From Saprolegnia diclina VS20 (taxonomy: Eukaryota), in contig NW_008246093.1 of assembly GCF_000281045.1 (NCBI RefSeq), positions 274,223 through 338,222 of the forward strand: a stretch of DNA of 64,000 nucleotides. Reading direction: 5' to 3'. Numbering within the stretch: position 1 is the stretch's first letter; the number at the start of each line of letters is the position of its first letter. The notes below the pieces were generated by a model. That model ran no database searches. It worked only from the letters and a program-made list of their open reading frames with translations, and was not told where the DNA came from. Of this stretch, positions 23,537-35,529 are shown piece after piece. Made by a program: the position numbers and the translations under genes.

Positions 23537-24988
23537 TTAGGTGTAGCGCGCGAGGAGGGCGCGGTGCGCGGTCGCGTAGTACGTCGTGTTGGTGTACACG
23601 ACCTTTTGGTACTCGGCCGGGCAGCTGGGAAACTTGATGCTGGGGTCCGCAACGTGGCCCGAGAAGAGGGCCTTGCCCGTCTTGATGGACACGTAAATCG
23701 AGAGCGCAAGAGACACAAGGATGCAAATGACCGCAAATGCCTTCTCGGGCATGCCGAGCGTCGGGCCAAATGTCTTGAGGTAGAACGCGATGGGCAAAAT
23801 CATGCAGCACATGGCCGTTGACGACGCGCCGACGAAGTCCAAGAGGTCGCCAAAGTGGTCCTTGAACGCGATCGCGACGACGATGCAGATGACGATCATG
23901 ACGATGCGGACGAGCGCCGCTTTGCGGTACGCGCCCGGGGCCTTGTACGCGTCGGCGCCGTCGTCGTGGTCGTTGGACTCGAGCATGCCGTCGACCTTCG
24001 GGTCCAAGTTGCGGTAGCTTTCGCCGACGACCGCGACGCTCATGGGTGCTTCGGCCAATGCAAACTGCGCCTTGTGAAGCCCGAGCACGAGCCGTTCGGC
24101 GATGAAGAAGGCGGGGAACATGACCACCGAGAACGCGATCGTAATGTGCATCTGCATGGCGAGGAACGTGAGAATGACGCCGCCACGGGACGCGTGGAAG
24201 CCGAGCGACGAGCCCGCGACAGCAAAGAGGAGGTTGCCAGGAATTTGGCACCCGACGGTCGAGACACCGCTGATCGAGACCGCGAGAAAGCAGCACGAGA
24301 CAAGGACGAGCGTCACAACGATGATGCGCGGCATGCGCGTCGGGTCCGAATGCTCGCGCTGGAGAGTTGGGATAACGACGCCGGCGCCGTACGCAAGCGC
24401 CAAATTGCCAAAGACTGTTGTGATCGAGTCAAAACTCAAGGCGGGCGACGGCGGCGAGAGATTCGCAATGTTGTTGGTGTTCATGTTGGTCACGAGGAGG
24501 TAGAGCGCAACCGTGTCGGCAAAGATCGTGCCGAGGCAGCCGGCCGCCGCCATGCCCGCGCCCTCCTTCATAGTCGGGACGAGGCAGACCGGAAGGACGG
24601 TGAGGCCCATGACGATGATCCACGTCTCAGCCGAGTACGAGTCGGGAAAGAGCACCGTGAGAAGCGTGCCGCCAAGCACCAAAAACACAATCGGTACCAT
24701 CGTGCACACGGCCATTTGCGAAATCACGGTCGCCCAGCGGCCAAAGCCGCCCATGCACCAGTGACCAATGTCGCCGTACGTCTTGACGTGCTTGGGCGCG
24801 ACGAGCATGACCTTGGAGATGCACCACGTTGCGTATACATTGACGCTGGCCATGAAGAGGAGCGCGATGGTCGCCCAGAGGTACCCGGCGCGCGCATAGT
24901 TGCCGGGCATGCCGAGCGTGCCAATGCCGTAGACGCAGCAGAAGAGAGAAAAGCAAATGCGGAGGTCTTCACCCGTCAAGAAGGCCAT
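23537..24988 (-). CDS. Amino acid/auxin permease (AAAP, Aa_trans) family transporter, 483 aa
   Basis: LFCCVYGIGTLGMPGNYARAG, TYGDIG, LAYGAGVVIPTLQREHSDPTRMPR, DLLDFVGA; about 11 hydrophobic segments. Confidence 0.95.
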   Translation of the reverse strand: MAFLTGEDLRICFSLFCCVYGIGTLGMPGNYARAGYLWATIALLFMASVNVYATWCISKVMLVAPKHVKTYGDIGHWCMGGFGRWATVISQMAVCTMVPIVFLVLGGTLLTVLFPDSYSAETWIIVMGLTVLPVCLVPTMKEGAGMAAAGCLGTIFADTVALYLLVTNMNTNNIANLSPPSPALSFDSITTVFGNLALAYGAGVVIPTLQREHSDPTRMPRIIVVTLVLVSCCFLAVSISGVSTVGCQIPGNLLFAVAGSSLGFHASRGGVILTFLAMQMHITIAFSVVMFPAFFIAERLVLGLHKAQFALAEAPMSVAVVGESYRNLDPKVDGMLESNDHDDGADAYKAPGAYRKAALVRIVMIVICIVVAIAFKDHFGDLLDFVGASSTAMCCMILPIAFYLKTFGPTLGMPEKAFAVICILVSLALSIYVSIKTGKALFSGHVADPSIKFPSCPAEYQKVVYTNTTYYATAHRALLARYT

Positions 24989-25002
24989 GCTGGTGCTTAC
25001 TA

Positions 25003-25020
25003 GAGAAAATGGAGAATGAA
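25003..25020 (-). promoter_or_regulatory. Oomycete INR+FPR core promoter element
   Basis: Minus strand TTCATTCTCCATTTTCTC matches the YCATTYYNCAWTT-type consensus, ending 15 nt upstream of the transporter ATG. Confidence 0.7.
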
Positions 25021-26280
25021 TAGCTTGGGGCACCAAAGATCGCTCAAGTGGGTACGAGGAGCCAGCAACATCAATCGATGCGCGACTTTGCCTTTTGCAC
25101 CACGTGGCGCCACGTATGTTTTATCCGGATCCATGCGTCGGTCGCACCGGATGTCGTGGCAACAGCACGACGCCTCGCGGCGACGGGCGTTGCTGTCGAG
25201 CTCGGTGAAGGTACGAATTACATATTGCAATTCGCGGATCTCTGTACTCGACGCATCAACACCTTCGATCCGGGGGCTGCGCCAATGCACCCAAGGCCCT
25301 ATCACCCCAAGTACTGTGCACGATCAAAACAAAAAACAGGCGGCGTCAACGCACAGTCCATGTTGTCGGGTTGTCCCGAACCGGATCTTGTTGCCTTCTG
25401 ACACAACTTGGGAATTGTATGTACAAAAGGTTGTGTGCAAGCTGACGGAAAGGACACCCAGTCGAGGACATTGATACAGTCTCCAAACGACGTGGCTTCA
25501 AGATCTCATCGAACATTCTTCGCGACGTCATCGACGTGTGGGGCGCCAAAAGAAGAGAACGCAAGTATCAACCTGATGATGTTGCAGTCGGTATGCAAGA
25601 GGACTGGACCGATGGCCCCTCGAGACATCAAGTTTTCATGCATCTTTGTCCCGGATCCTACGAGCGACTGCAGTCGTTGTTGTAGATTTTCGTTCAGTCT
25701 TCTCTCGGTACAATGTCCCAATGTATACTTCTAGCACCCTTCGACGTTGGTATTCGCAAAACGCAGTGCATCAACCACTCCAAATTTGTCCAACGCTGGC
25801 TCTTTACCACGTGTAGTACGTGGCAGCCTCTCGTGCGAGCACGACACCGAGCACCACTCTTTGCATTCTTCAAGAAATGCCTCAGGCAATGCTCGACGAA
25901 TTCAATGAAATCGTCGGGCTTGAAAGCTATCCGAGAGATGTATTTGGTAGCAAACTCGGACGCCAAAAATAATATCAATTCGTCGTACCCCAGGAAAGCA
26001 CAGGAAAGGAGGTCCGACCTAGCGCTTCCTTTCCTGCTGCACAAATATTAGGCCCTACTACTAGCCCACACAGTCCTCCATCGCCGAATAGAGCTTGGGT
26101 GAAGCAGCGATCGAAGAGACATCCACTGTACCCAACGACCCTGAGGACTCAACGGCAAAGTCGTTTTGCGTCAAAACGAGCCTTCTTTTGCTAAGACAGA
26201 ATGCGCCCGCGAGGTACGAGTAGCGTCATCATGGCTCCCGAAGCAGTCGTCGTCGAGTGCACGCATAGGCATGCTATGCT

Positions 26281-29069
26281 TTAAGCGTGGGCCGCTGTTG
26301 TTTTCTGAAGCATGGCGCGGAGGTCGGCCAAAGTGCCTTGAATATGGTCGATCTGCGCCTGTCGACGCGGCGTGAGCGGCGCCAACGGGACTCGTTTCGT
26401 GGGCTCGTGCGCGAGCTCGTTGACGCTGGCCTCGAGTGCGTCAAGCATCTTTGCGACATGGACGTTCCGGTCTTCAGCCTCGGTTGGCTCCGTCCGGGTG
26501 CGCTGCGGCTCGTCGTCGCTGTCGTCGCCGTCGTTGTCGAGAATGGGCGGCAGCTTGGCTTGTGCTGGGTCGGCAAGGACCGGTGCCAGCGTCGGGTCGT
26601 CTTCGAGCCACTTGTCGTTGCAGACGAGCTCGACTTGGAGGAAGCGCTCGCCGTCCGACGTGTCCATCGCATGCTTGGCGTGCTTGAGCTCGGCGAGTAT
26701 CTTGACGAGGCTCTGGCGGCGCGGCCGCACGGGCGCCGGCTCCATCGCCATGGCTTTGACCAGCTCGACCGCGTATTTTTTTCGATTCTCGCGCACTTGG
26801 CGGACGTTCAAGGTCTGCTCCATGCTGCACATGATGTTGACGCGCTCGGCGTACCACCGCTGCTCCGAGGCTTCGAGGATGTTGTCGTACGTGTTGCCCA
26901 TCCTACGCATACTTCATTCGGAGGGTTTGAGCTCAGCCAACAGTTTGTACATGGCGATGAGAAGGTTCAAGAGCACGATGACGACGACAACCAGGTACGT
27001 GACGATGAGGCACTGCGCGACAAACGAGAGGTCCGACGCTTCGTACACCGCGTAGTCGAACGTGTTGCAGAAGGCTGCGAGGAGCAGCGCTTTTGTGCGC
27101 GTGACGAGGTGGTCAAAGCCGTTGCGGTCGTCGAGGATCACGTATAAATTCATGCTCACACCGAGAAGAATCCACACGTAGACGGCCGCAAACCGGAAAA
27201 AGTCCTACGATATCCTTAGGGTTGGGGTAGATGGAAGTTGTCAACCTGCGTCAGCATGCGCAAGAGCATAACGACAAACGGCCCCGTGCACCGAAAGCCC
27301 ATCATGAAGAAGAACATGTAGAGGAACCTACGCGTTGATTAGGGCAAGCCAAGTTGGAAAATATGAAAACCATGAAAAATGCGAAAAAACATGAAAAATA
27401 TGAAAAAACAGGAAAAATACACAATACAAATTCGAAAATCCACGAAAATACGAGCAACATCAGCAACAACATACTGGTTGAGGCAGGCAAACCCGACAAA
27501 GAGGTCTTCGACTTCAAAGGCCCCCGCGAGGCGGCAAAAGATGGCGCATGTAATGGCCATGCCAAAGGTCAAACCGAGGATGTTGTCGAGCTTGGCGGCG
27601 CCGGTTTCGTTGAGGTAGTCTTGAACACCTCCCACGAGGCGTCGGATCTCAATCCCAAACTCATAGAGCGCGACGAGGACGACCCCGAATTCCAAAATGA
27701 TGTGGCAGACGGTCTGGGCACCATTGCGAGCCATGGCCGCCATCACACTGCCGCGGTAGTGCGGTGTGAGCAACGTCGAGACCGCAATCCAAATCAAAAA
27801 GCACACGTGGCGAACACACGCCCGAAAGAACATGGGGCGGCCGACAAACTTCCACTTCTTGTCGAGAAGCGTCTTGACTTCGTAAATCCCGAGCATGTTG
27901 AGGCGGGCGGTGAGTACTTTATGGCGCAAGTGGGGTGGCATGCACGCGGTGAGGTCGGCGGACGAGCAGAGACACTCGAGCGCTGTCTTGATGCGGCTCT
28001 GCGTATAGCACTTCTCCTCGAGCTCCTGAAGCGGCAGCATCTTGGCCGTGATCGGCCCGTAGACCCACGCGATGGTTGTCGTCGCCCGGAGCATATGCTC
28101 AAACATCTCCCGTCGGCCGAGCGCCGCCGCCAGCGCCAGCGGCGTCAAGCCTTCGTGGTTCGGGCGGCGCAAGAAGCGCACAAAGATATCCGCCATGTCG
28201 CCTTGCGCCGTCTTGAGAAAGACTGCGAGCGTCGGCAACGGCGCGTCGTCCGGCTGCCACAAGCGCCGGATCGCGTGCGCGATCGCAAAGTCAAAGACGT
28301 CGGGCGCGTTGTGGACGACCGCGAGGTGGAGAGCATTGTTACCGTATGAATCGGCCATAAAAATAGTCGTCTTGTACGCTAGCACCATGTACAACTTGTC
28401 ATATTTGTGGAAAGAGCAACGAATACCTTTCGAGTCGGGTGGCTGGGCATGCGCGACCTCGAGGATGCAAGCGGCCGCGACGAGCTGCCGCGACGCGAGA
28501 GCAAAGAGCAAGGGCGTGCCACCAAAGTAGCACGGCTTGCTCGGAGCGAAGAAATCGCCGGTTGTCTCGGCGTCCTACGCACGCGCGTCGTACACGGAAG
28601 CCTCTCGTGTCGTTCACCAGCAGGTCGGGCACGGTAGTTGCGAGCCACTGGATCAAGCCAAAGTTGCGCTGGACGATTGCAATGTGCAGGATGTTTTCGC
28701 CTTGGTACGGAGATGGGTCGTCGGGCGAGCTGCCTTCGTACCTACAGACCGTTGCCACCTCCTTGTCCATCGAAGAACGTACACGGCGGTCGCGCGCGCC
28801 AGGTCGGTGAGCACGAGCGTTTGGCCGAGCTCCACGTGCTGGTACAGGAACGCAATGTGCAATGGCGTCGCGCCGACCGTGTCGCGGCGGTGGTAGTCGT
28901 CGGGGCACGCGCGCAGCTGCGACAGCGCCCGCGAGATGTTGTTGCTCTTGACCGCCGCAAAGATCTCGACCTCCTCGAGGATCTTTTGCTGCTGCGCCAC
29001 GACGTCGCCCGGCGCGACCATCGCCTTGCGCGTCTTGGTGATGAACGCATTCGACTTGGCCCGGAGCAT
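26281..29069 (-). CDS. TRPV-like transient receptor potential cation channel (ankyrin repeats + 6TM + TRP helix), multi-exon
   Basis: Ankyrin repeats GATPLHIA, YQGENILHIAIV, GGTPLLFA, DSYGNNALHLAV, NHEGLTPLALAA; WVYGP; LLDKKW; TM segments; GFRCTGPFVVML; S6 VIVLLNLLIAM|MGNTY; TRP-box-like QRWYAERVNIMCSME. Confidence 0.9.
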
Positions 29070-29180
29070 CGTCGCCACGACTGCGAACGGTTGCACAATC
29101 TTCGAACGTCGTACCCTACCCCTAGTTGCGTCCACCCAGACTGACTCCAACACCATGATAAACACGAATCCAAATCGACC

Positions 29181-29245
<65 letters not shown>
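29181..29245. repeat. (ATCT)16 microsatellite upstream of the TRPV-like gene
   Basis: Perfect ATCT run of about 65 bp. Confidence 0.98.
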
Positions 29246-29415
29246 GTAACGAATCGGATGTAGGAGTACGGAGGGGCCGAGGGATACTTGCTCGTCCTCA
29301 GCGCATGCCTTCTATCCATCAACCCGTCGAAGCGATGCCATCTTACACCAATGGAACCAATACAATTTACTGTACTAGTAGCAAAGACGTTGTGTGCACA
29401 GATGCAACAAGGATC

Positions 29416-32400
29416 TCAAGTCGTCTGGAGTTTGTAGGCGGCAAAAAGGCCGACGAGAAGCAGCAACGCGCCGTTGTAGAGCGGCATGTAGGTCTCGGCC
29501 CGAGGCAGTTCACCAGCGACAAAGGCATAAGCGAGCGCGACGGCCGCCAAGAAGACGAGCGGTAGCAGCGGAAAATCGACATCGTCCTTCCATTCGCTGC
29601 TCTTCTCGGCACTCTCGCGCGTCACGAGCCCTTCGTACTCCTACACCCGATACGTCAAGAGACAGAGTGAACGATCGGTACCCGCCACGCCCAGCGCTCG
29701 GTTGTGCGCGACGGGTGGTGGATGATCTCGTGCATCAAGGTCGGGTACTCTTGCACGAGCTGCAGAAACGACGGCGCACCCGCCAGCACGCAAAGGTTCT
29801 CCAAGACAAAAATCACCGCAGCCTATTCAATATATATATATTCGACCGCAGAGATGGGAGAAACCTCGCGGAGGACGGGCGCCGTCACCATGTCGGCGGT
29901 GACGAGCACGTCAAGGCAGTTTGCCAACGTCACGACAAGCCGCGCCTCGGTCAGCGCTACCGAAACTCGCTGTTCCACTCCAAAGACAAACGCCGTACCT
30001 TTGAGCCGTGCGATACCCAGGCGGTCGGCGGCAATGAGGTCGTCCAAGAGGATTGCATCGGAAGCACTTGGTGGCAACACGCCCGAGTAGACAAAGTCGA
30101 GGACCCGGCGGAGCGTCTCGAACCGCACGTCCACCGACAGCTCCTACCCCCATCGCTATGAAAACGTCTCGTGTTGATCATGTACATCGAGGCTTGCGTC
30201 GCGCAAGGACGACGCCAAGAGGCCCCGAAAGTAGTCGCTTCGAGCCGCCAAGATGCACTTGTGGGCGTAGATACGCTCGCCGTCAGCGACCAAGATGACG
30301 TCGGACCACACAAAGCTGCCGAGGGCGCCGACAAAGTCTGTCGCATACGAGCTGATAACCTAAGGAGATCGTCACAGCCAACGATGCACGAGACCACGAG
30401 GCGTACGGCACGTGGCGCGACATCGACCACGTACGGCTGGCAAAGACTCTCAAGGTGCGGCAAGTGGAGTCTAGTTGTCGATTGTAGGAGAAATCACACT
30501 GGATCGACGGCTCGTACATTCTCGCAGCAGCGAGCAAGTCCCGCGGAAGGGACGACGCGGGATCCAGACGCGTCAAGAGAGCGTCCGTGTAGAGGTACTC
30601 GAGCACGACGAGGCACACGTCGTACCTACGCCATTTTACACTAGCACTTGGGATGGTAGCATCGACCACAGACCGCAAGTCGTAGAGGACGAGCTCCAGG
30701 CAATGGTTTGTGGCCTCGCGCGCTTGACGTTCGTCGACCAAGCGCGCGCGCAGGACGTCGCAGCGCGTCGCAAGCACCTTGGGATACCCTTAGTCACGCA
30801 AAGGTATGGGACTGAGCAATCTACGAGCTGATGGGCGGCGATGCGTCGGCCGGACACAAGCAAGATGACGTCGCCGGAGTCATCCATATGCTTGCACTGC
30901 AGCCAGAGTCGCGCCATGTCTTGAGCGAGAAACGAAAGGCCTGAGACAAGCACCGACCCGCTACAAAAAATAGGTTAAAAAGAAGGGCCGCAGCGAGGAT
31001 CGATGCACCTGCCACCGCCTGCGATGGCTTCGATCGTGCCCCACTTGGCCTCGAGCATCGGGACCGCCGCCTCTAGTCCATGGTATGAACGATACAAATG
31101 CGATAGGTCAACTACCAAACTGCCACGTGTAGACGTCGCCCGTGTGCGTGCGCACGTGGTAGTGACGATCGCCGGCCGCCACGTCCACAATCGTCGGCGG
31201 CAGCTGGAGCATGCGCTGGGGATACAACCACGGCCACGCCACGAGGTCCGACCTAATTCGCATATATGTGACCTCCCGTTGCAGCGGCGGAGGCGTACCG
31301 CAGACCGTTTTCTCGCACGAGGGACGGGAGTTGGTGGCCGCATGTGCCAGCCCCCCACGTCCACACGTGGCCGTGGCCGTCGACGGCGATCGAGAGCATG
31401 TCGCCGCACGCGATGGCCGTGACCCCCAGCGCCACCGCGTCCGAGTAGCCCTACCCCCAAGCTATTCAACGGTAGTCCAACGTACGAGGGCCTACGGACG
31501 ACGCTTCGGCCGTGATGGCGACGGACTGCGGGACACATTGGTCGTGGCAGTGCCCGAGGCCGAGTTGACCATGCAAGTTTCGACCCCACGCGTAGAGTTG
31601 GCCGCTGCTAGCAATGGCCATCGCGTGCGCTTGGCCGCACGCAATCTGTATATCCATACACTACAGACCATAGAACCAGCTTCCAACTCGCACCTCGGTG
31701 ACGACAACGTCTCCCAAGTCGGTCACGCGTGCCGGCGACAGCTGATACTGCTGCAGAATGGGCTTGTTTGCAAGCGTCTTTCGGCCAAGAGCCGGCGGCG
31801 TCGGACCCAGCCCTACAAAGGGCGACACTAGAGCTACTGCACATCGATGGCACGTACCGAGGCGGCCGTGGAGCCATTTGCCCCACGAAAACACATGTCC
31901 TGTCTCGGTCAGCGCCAGGCTAAAGCCAGCACCGGCCGCCACTCGCGTACACGGACCCTATACCACAGTCATGATCAAAAGATGTCAGATGAAACGCGTA
32001 CGTCGAGGGAGACGACGCGGGTCGGAAGGTCGCTACGGTGCCCTTGCTTGCTCAGCGTCCCGGAGGCTGTGGGGACGCCCCATGAGTAGACCTACGCGAT
32101 CTGTCGCACGAACGCGCTTGCATCGACGCCCATACAGCGCCTGTCGTCGTCACTGCCAACGAGTGGGCTGCGTGCGCGGCCGCCGGGTCGCTGGCGGCGG
32201 CGATGCGCGCAATAAGAACTATCGCCTCGGGCTCTACCGCCGCCATGAGCTAGGAAACGAGGCGGGTGTGCGTACGCTCGTAAAAGCTCTCGATCGGCGC
32301 GGGGTGGTGCAGGTCAGTAAACGCTCCATGGCCGAGCGCACCGTCGGCGCCTTTCCCCATCGAGTAGAGAAGGCCCACGTCGCTTCGAAAGAGCTACAAC

Positions 32401-33600
32401 GCCGATCGCATCAAAGCTCATTCGCACAGCCATACCGCGTGGACATGGCTGCACGCCGACTCGACGATGCGGGCGCGAAGGAAGGGCTAGATCACACGCC
32501 ATGTACTTCTCCATACGGCATAACGAGGGTGTACGGTCGCATCAAACGAAAGCTGCACGCGGGAGCTTGCATCTGCCACGTCAGCCTGCCACGTCACTTT
32601 GACCATATCGGGCGTCGGGCGTTGGCTCCTACCAGACGCAGCGTGGATGTGCAGGCCAAAGATATGGATGCGTACGCGATGACGCTGCGCAGAGAGGACG
32701 TCGCTGTTGCTTGCACGACTGGCAGTGCGGGCTTGACGTATGGTAGCGTCATGTACAGGTTGCGCACGCCCGGCTCTGTATGAGTCACTACTTGCATCTC
32801 TCCGGTGGGTTGTACCAGTATTTAGATAGTGCGGGTCGACGAGGTCGCACTCCAAGTAGACGGGGATCGCAGGGCCTTGCGTGGTGCCGATGCGGGCGCG
32901 CAAGATGCCTTCGACGCCGACATGCAGCCGAAACCCCCACACATGATCTGCGAGCGACACCTCAGCGCGCACCTACGTCTGCGATCGCCACCTGCTGAGA
33001 GCTTGCATAAGGACGTATACGCGCGCGATGAGGATGCCCGTTCTCCACACGACCCCGGGCAGCGACGTTGGAAAGCATGTGGCTCCGCCCAGCGTACAGT
33101 ACGGTTCGAGGTCGTGGCCCAGTGCGACGAGACGCGCGACATAGGTTGCGACCATCGATGGCGACAGCGTGCAGTCGACGGCGTGGAGCAGTGCTGTGGC
33201 CTTCTCGAGGAAGAGCGCCGTCGACGTCTTGGGCAGTGGCGTATCGTTCATACGGTACACGACCTTGTCGCTGACGGCGTCGGTCGTCGCCGATGGCGCT
33301 AGCAGTGGCGCGACCGGGAAGCGCAGGCCCTCGGCGTGTTGCTGCAATGCGGTGTGCATGGCCTAGTATAGCGAGTGATGCGCGTACATGCACATCACGG
33401 TGTCGTACCTCGAAGAAGGCCGCCGCGTCGTCTGTGGGCGCCACTGCGGGCAGCACGACGTCTTCTTTTGGGTGCAGATCGACAGCGTCATCGAGCGCAT
33501 GCTCGGCGTTGTACAGCGTCTGGATCATGCAGTCGAGGCGCTTGGCCGACGCGACCATGTCCTTGATGACGCCCTCGGTCTCGAGGAGGAGGCCGTCCAT
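29416..33600 (-). CDS. RCC1-repeat + tandem BTB/POZ protein with C-terminal hydrophobic hairpin (many short exons; 5' part may be a separate gene)
   Basis: RCC1 repeats (VAAGAGFSLALTETGHVFSWG, IACGQAHAMAIASSGQLYAWGRNLHGQLGLG, IACGDMLSIAVDGHGHVWTWG); BTB motifs GDVILLVSGRRIAAH...LEYLYTD and ADGERIYAHKCILAARSDYFR...VLDFVYSG; final exon with two hydrophobic helices. Confidence 0.75.
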
Positions 33601-33815
33601 CGCGCAGTGGATCTTTCGCCGCTTTGGATTGGCCTGATTTGATTGCGTCTTTTCGCCAATCCGCTTCCAGTATGCAATACGACAGGACCTCTGCCAATGA
33701 ATATCAATGGTGCCGGATAGAAAAAGAGCGCTTGTTAACGCTTTTTAAAAATCGAAAGCCGTCATGGACCGACCAATCAGCGCGCGACGCAACGGGAGAT
33801 TCGACGAACAAGAAG

Positions 33816-35304
33816 ATGGCAGACGCCGGCGGCCCCTACATGGCCTTTCCCATCGCTCCGCGCCAGACCGTCTGCGCGCTCGTGACGGCCGCGCCGCTCC
33901 AGGTGGCCTCGCGCCTCTTTAGCTGCTTTGGGCTCCAGCTGCCTGGCGCCGCTGCGGCCATCGTCATGCAGAGCGGTCGATCGTACGCCGCGTATCTTGC
34001 CAGCGAAGCGTCTCATGGCGTGGCGTAGCGTCGTGATCGACCACGAAATTGCCGAAGGCGGCTTCTCGTATGTCTACCAAGTCCACGACACGGAGACGCT
34101 GGAGCGGCTCGCGATGAAGAAGGTCATGTGTCAATCGACCGAGCAGCGCCATGGCGTCGTGCACGAGATGGGGTACGTGCGCCGCGCCCTCCTGTGCACG
34201 TTCCAGCTCTGCGTAGCGTCCACAAGAAGTGTCGTCACAAGCACTTGATGCCGCTCGTCGACTACACGGTGACGCACTCGCCGCTGCCCGACCAAAGCAC
34301 GTACTACCTCCTCTTTCCGCTTGTCGAGGTAGCATTCTCGTTGGCATCATTGGTCACCGCTTTAATCCCGTGTGTAGAATGGCTCGTTGCGACAGTACAT
34401 CGACTCGTACCGCGCGTATGTTTGTCCTCCTTCGTAGACGCGTGAGCGCAGGTGTGTGCTAGGCGGCAAACCTACATGCCCGAGCGGGCGCTTCTCGATA
34501 TCTTTGCCAAGGTCGCGACCGCCGTCTTGTTTCTGCACAGCCAACAGCCGCCGCTCGTCCATCGCGACATCAAGGTCCGTCGACGCTCTTATTCGTGACT
34601 TATTGGCGTGGTATAGCCGGAAAATGTGCTGCTGAACCACGATCTGGAGCCGCTGTTGACGGACTTTGGCTCGGTTGTCGAAGGCGACATCAAGATCTCG
34701 ACCCGCGGCGACGCGCTCAAAGCCCAAGAGACAGCATCGATCCACAGGTAGGATGGATTGACCATCGCATCCTCAACACCCACGTAGCTCGATGGCCTAT
34801 CGCGCGCCAGGTAGACGCGGTATGCTTCTTGCCGCTTGCAACATGCGCATTGCTAGAGCTCTACGATGTGGCCACTGGCGCCGTGCTGACGAGCCGCACG
34901 GACGGTACCCAAAAGCAATGACCTTGTGGTTGTATCGAGTCGTGCGGATGACTAGTCTGGGCCATGGGCTGCTTGCTGTACGGCATGGCGTTTGGGTACT
35001 CGCCGTACGAGTGCTCGATCTCGGACGCTGGCCACGTACGCGACTGTGTTTGACGACCTTTGGATCTCATTAGCGTGTGCAGGTCAAAGTCATTGAAGTC
35101 ACGTACCTCGGCGTGCTGGGGGCCGTCAAGTTTCCGTCGCAGTCCATCTACTCGCCGCTCGTGACGGAGCTCATCACGTACAGCATTCATACTTTGTCGC
35201 AACGGAATACGATGGGTGACACGCGTAGGTGGATGCTGACGATCGATCCGGCCCAACGGCCGAGCATGCAAGACGTCCTCGCGCGGCTCGAGCGCGCGTC
35301 GTAG
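33816..35304 (+). CDS. NAK-family Ser/Thr protein kinase, STK16/MPSK1-like (multi-exon)
   Basis: IAEGGFSYVY, AMKK, HRDIK|PENVLL, TDFGS, SMAYRAP|E, TD|VWAMGCLLYGMAFGYSPYE, RPSMQDV. Confidence 0.9.
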
Positions 35305-35529
35305 GCGTCACATCTGTCCGCCTTACGAGTCCGAGTCTTCGGATCGTTCGTTTTGGCGTCATACACTTTTGTCTTGTTACTGCCGTCGTACCATTAACAT
35401 GGACTCGACCCCTACTGTCGACCCGACACCGCGTCTTCAGTGGACCGCAAGTTTGGAATGGAGATGAGTGCAAGCGGCGGATGTCCTGTACCCTATCCCT
35501 AGCAGCACCAGCCAACGGTTGCCATGCTA

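Noticed and set aside
25400..26050. Short minus-strand ORFs between the transporter and the TRPV-like gene
   Set aside because: No recognisable domain, no host-like codon bias and no TIRs found; possibly decayed sequence.
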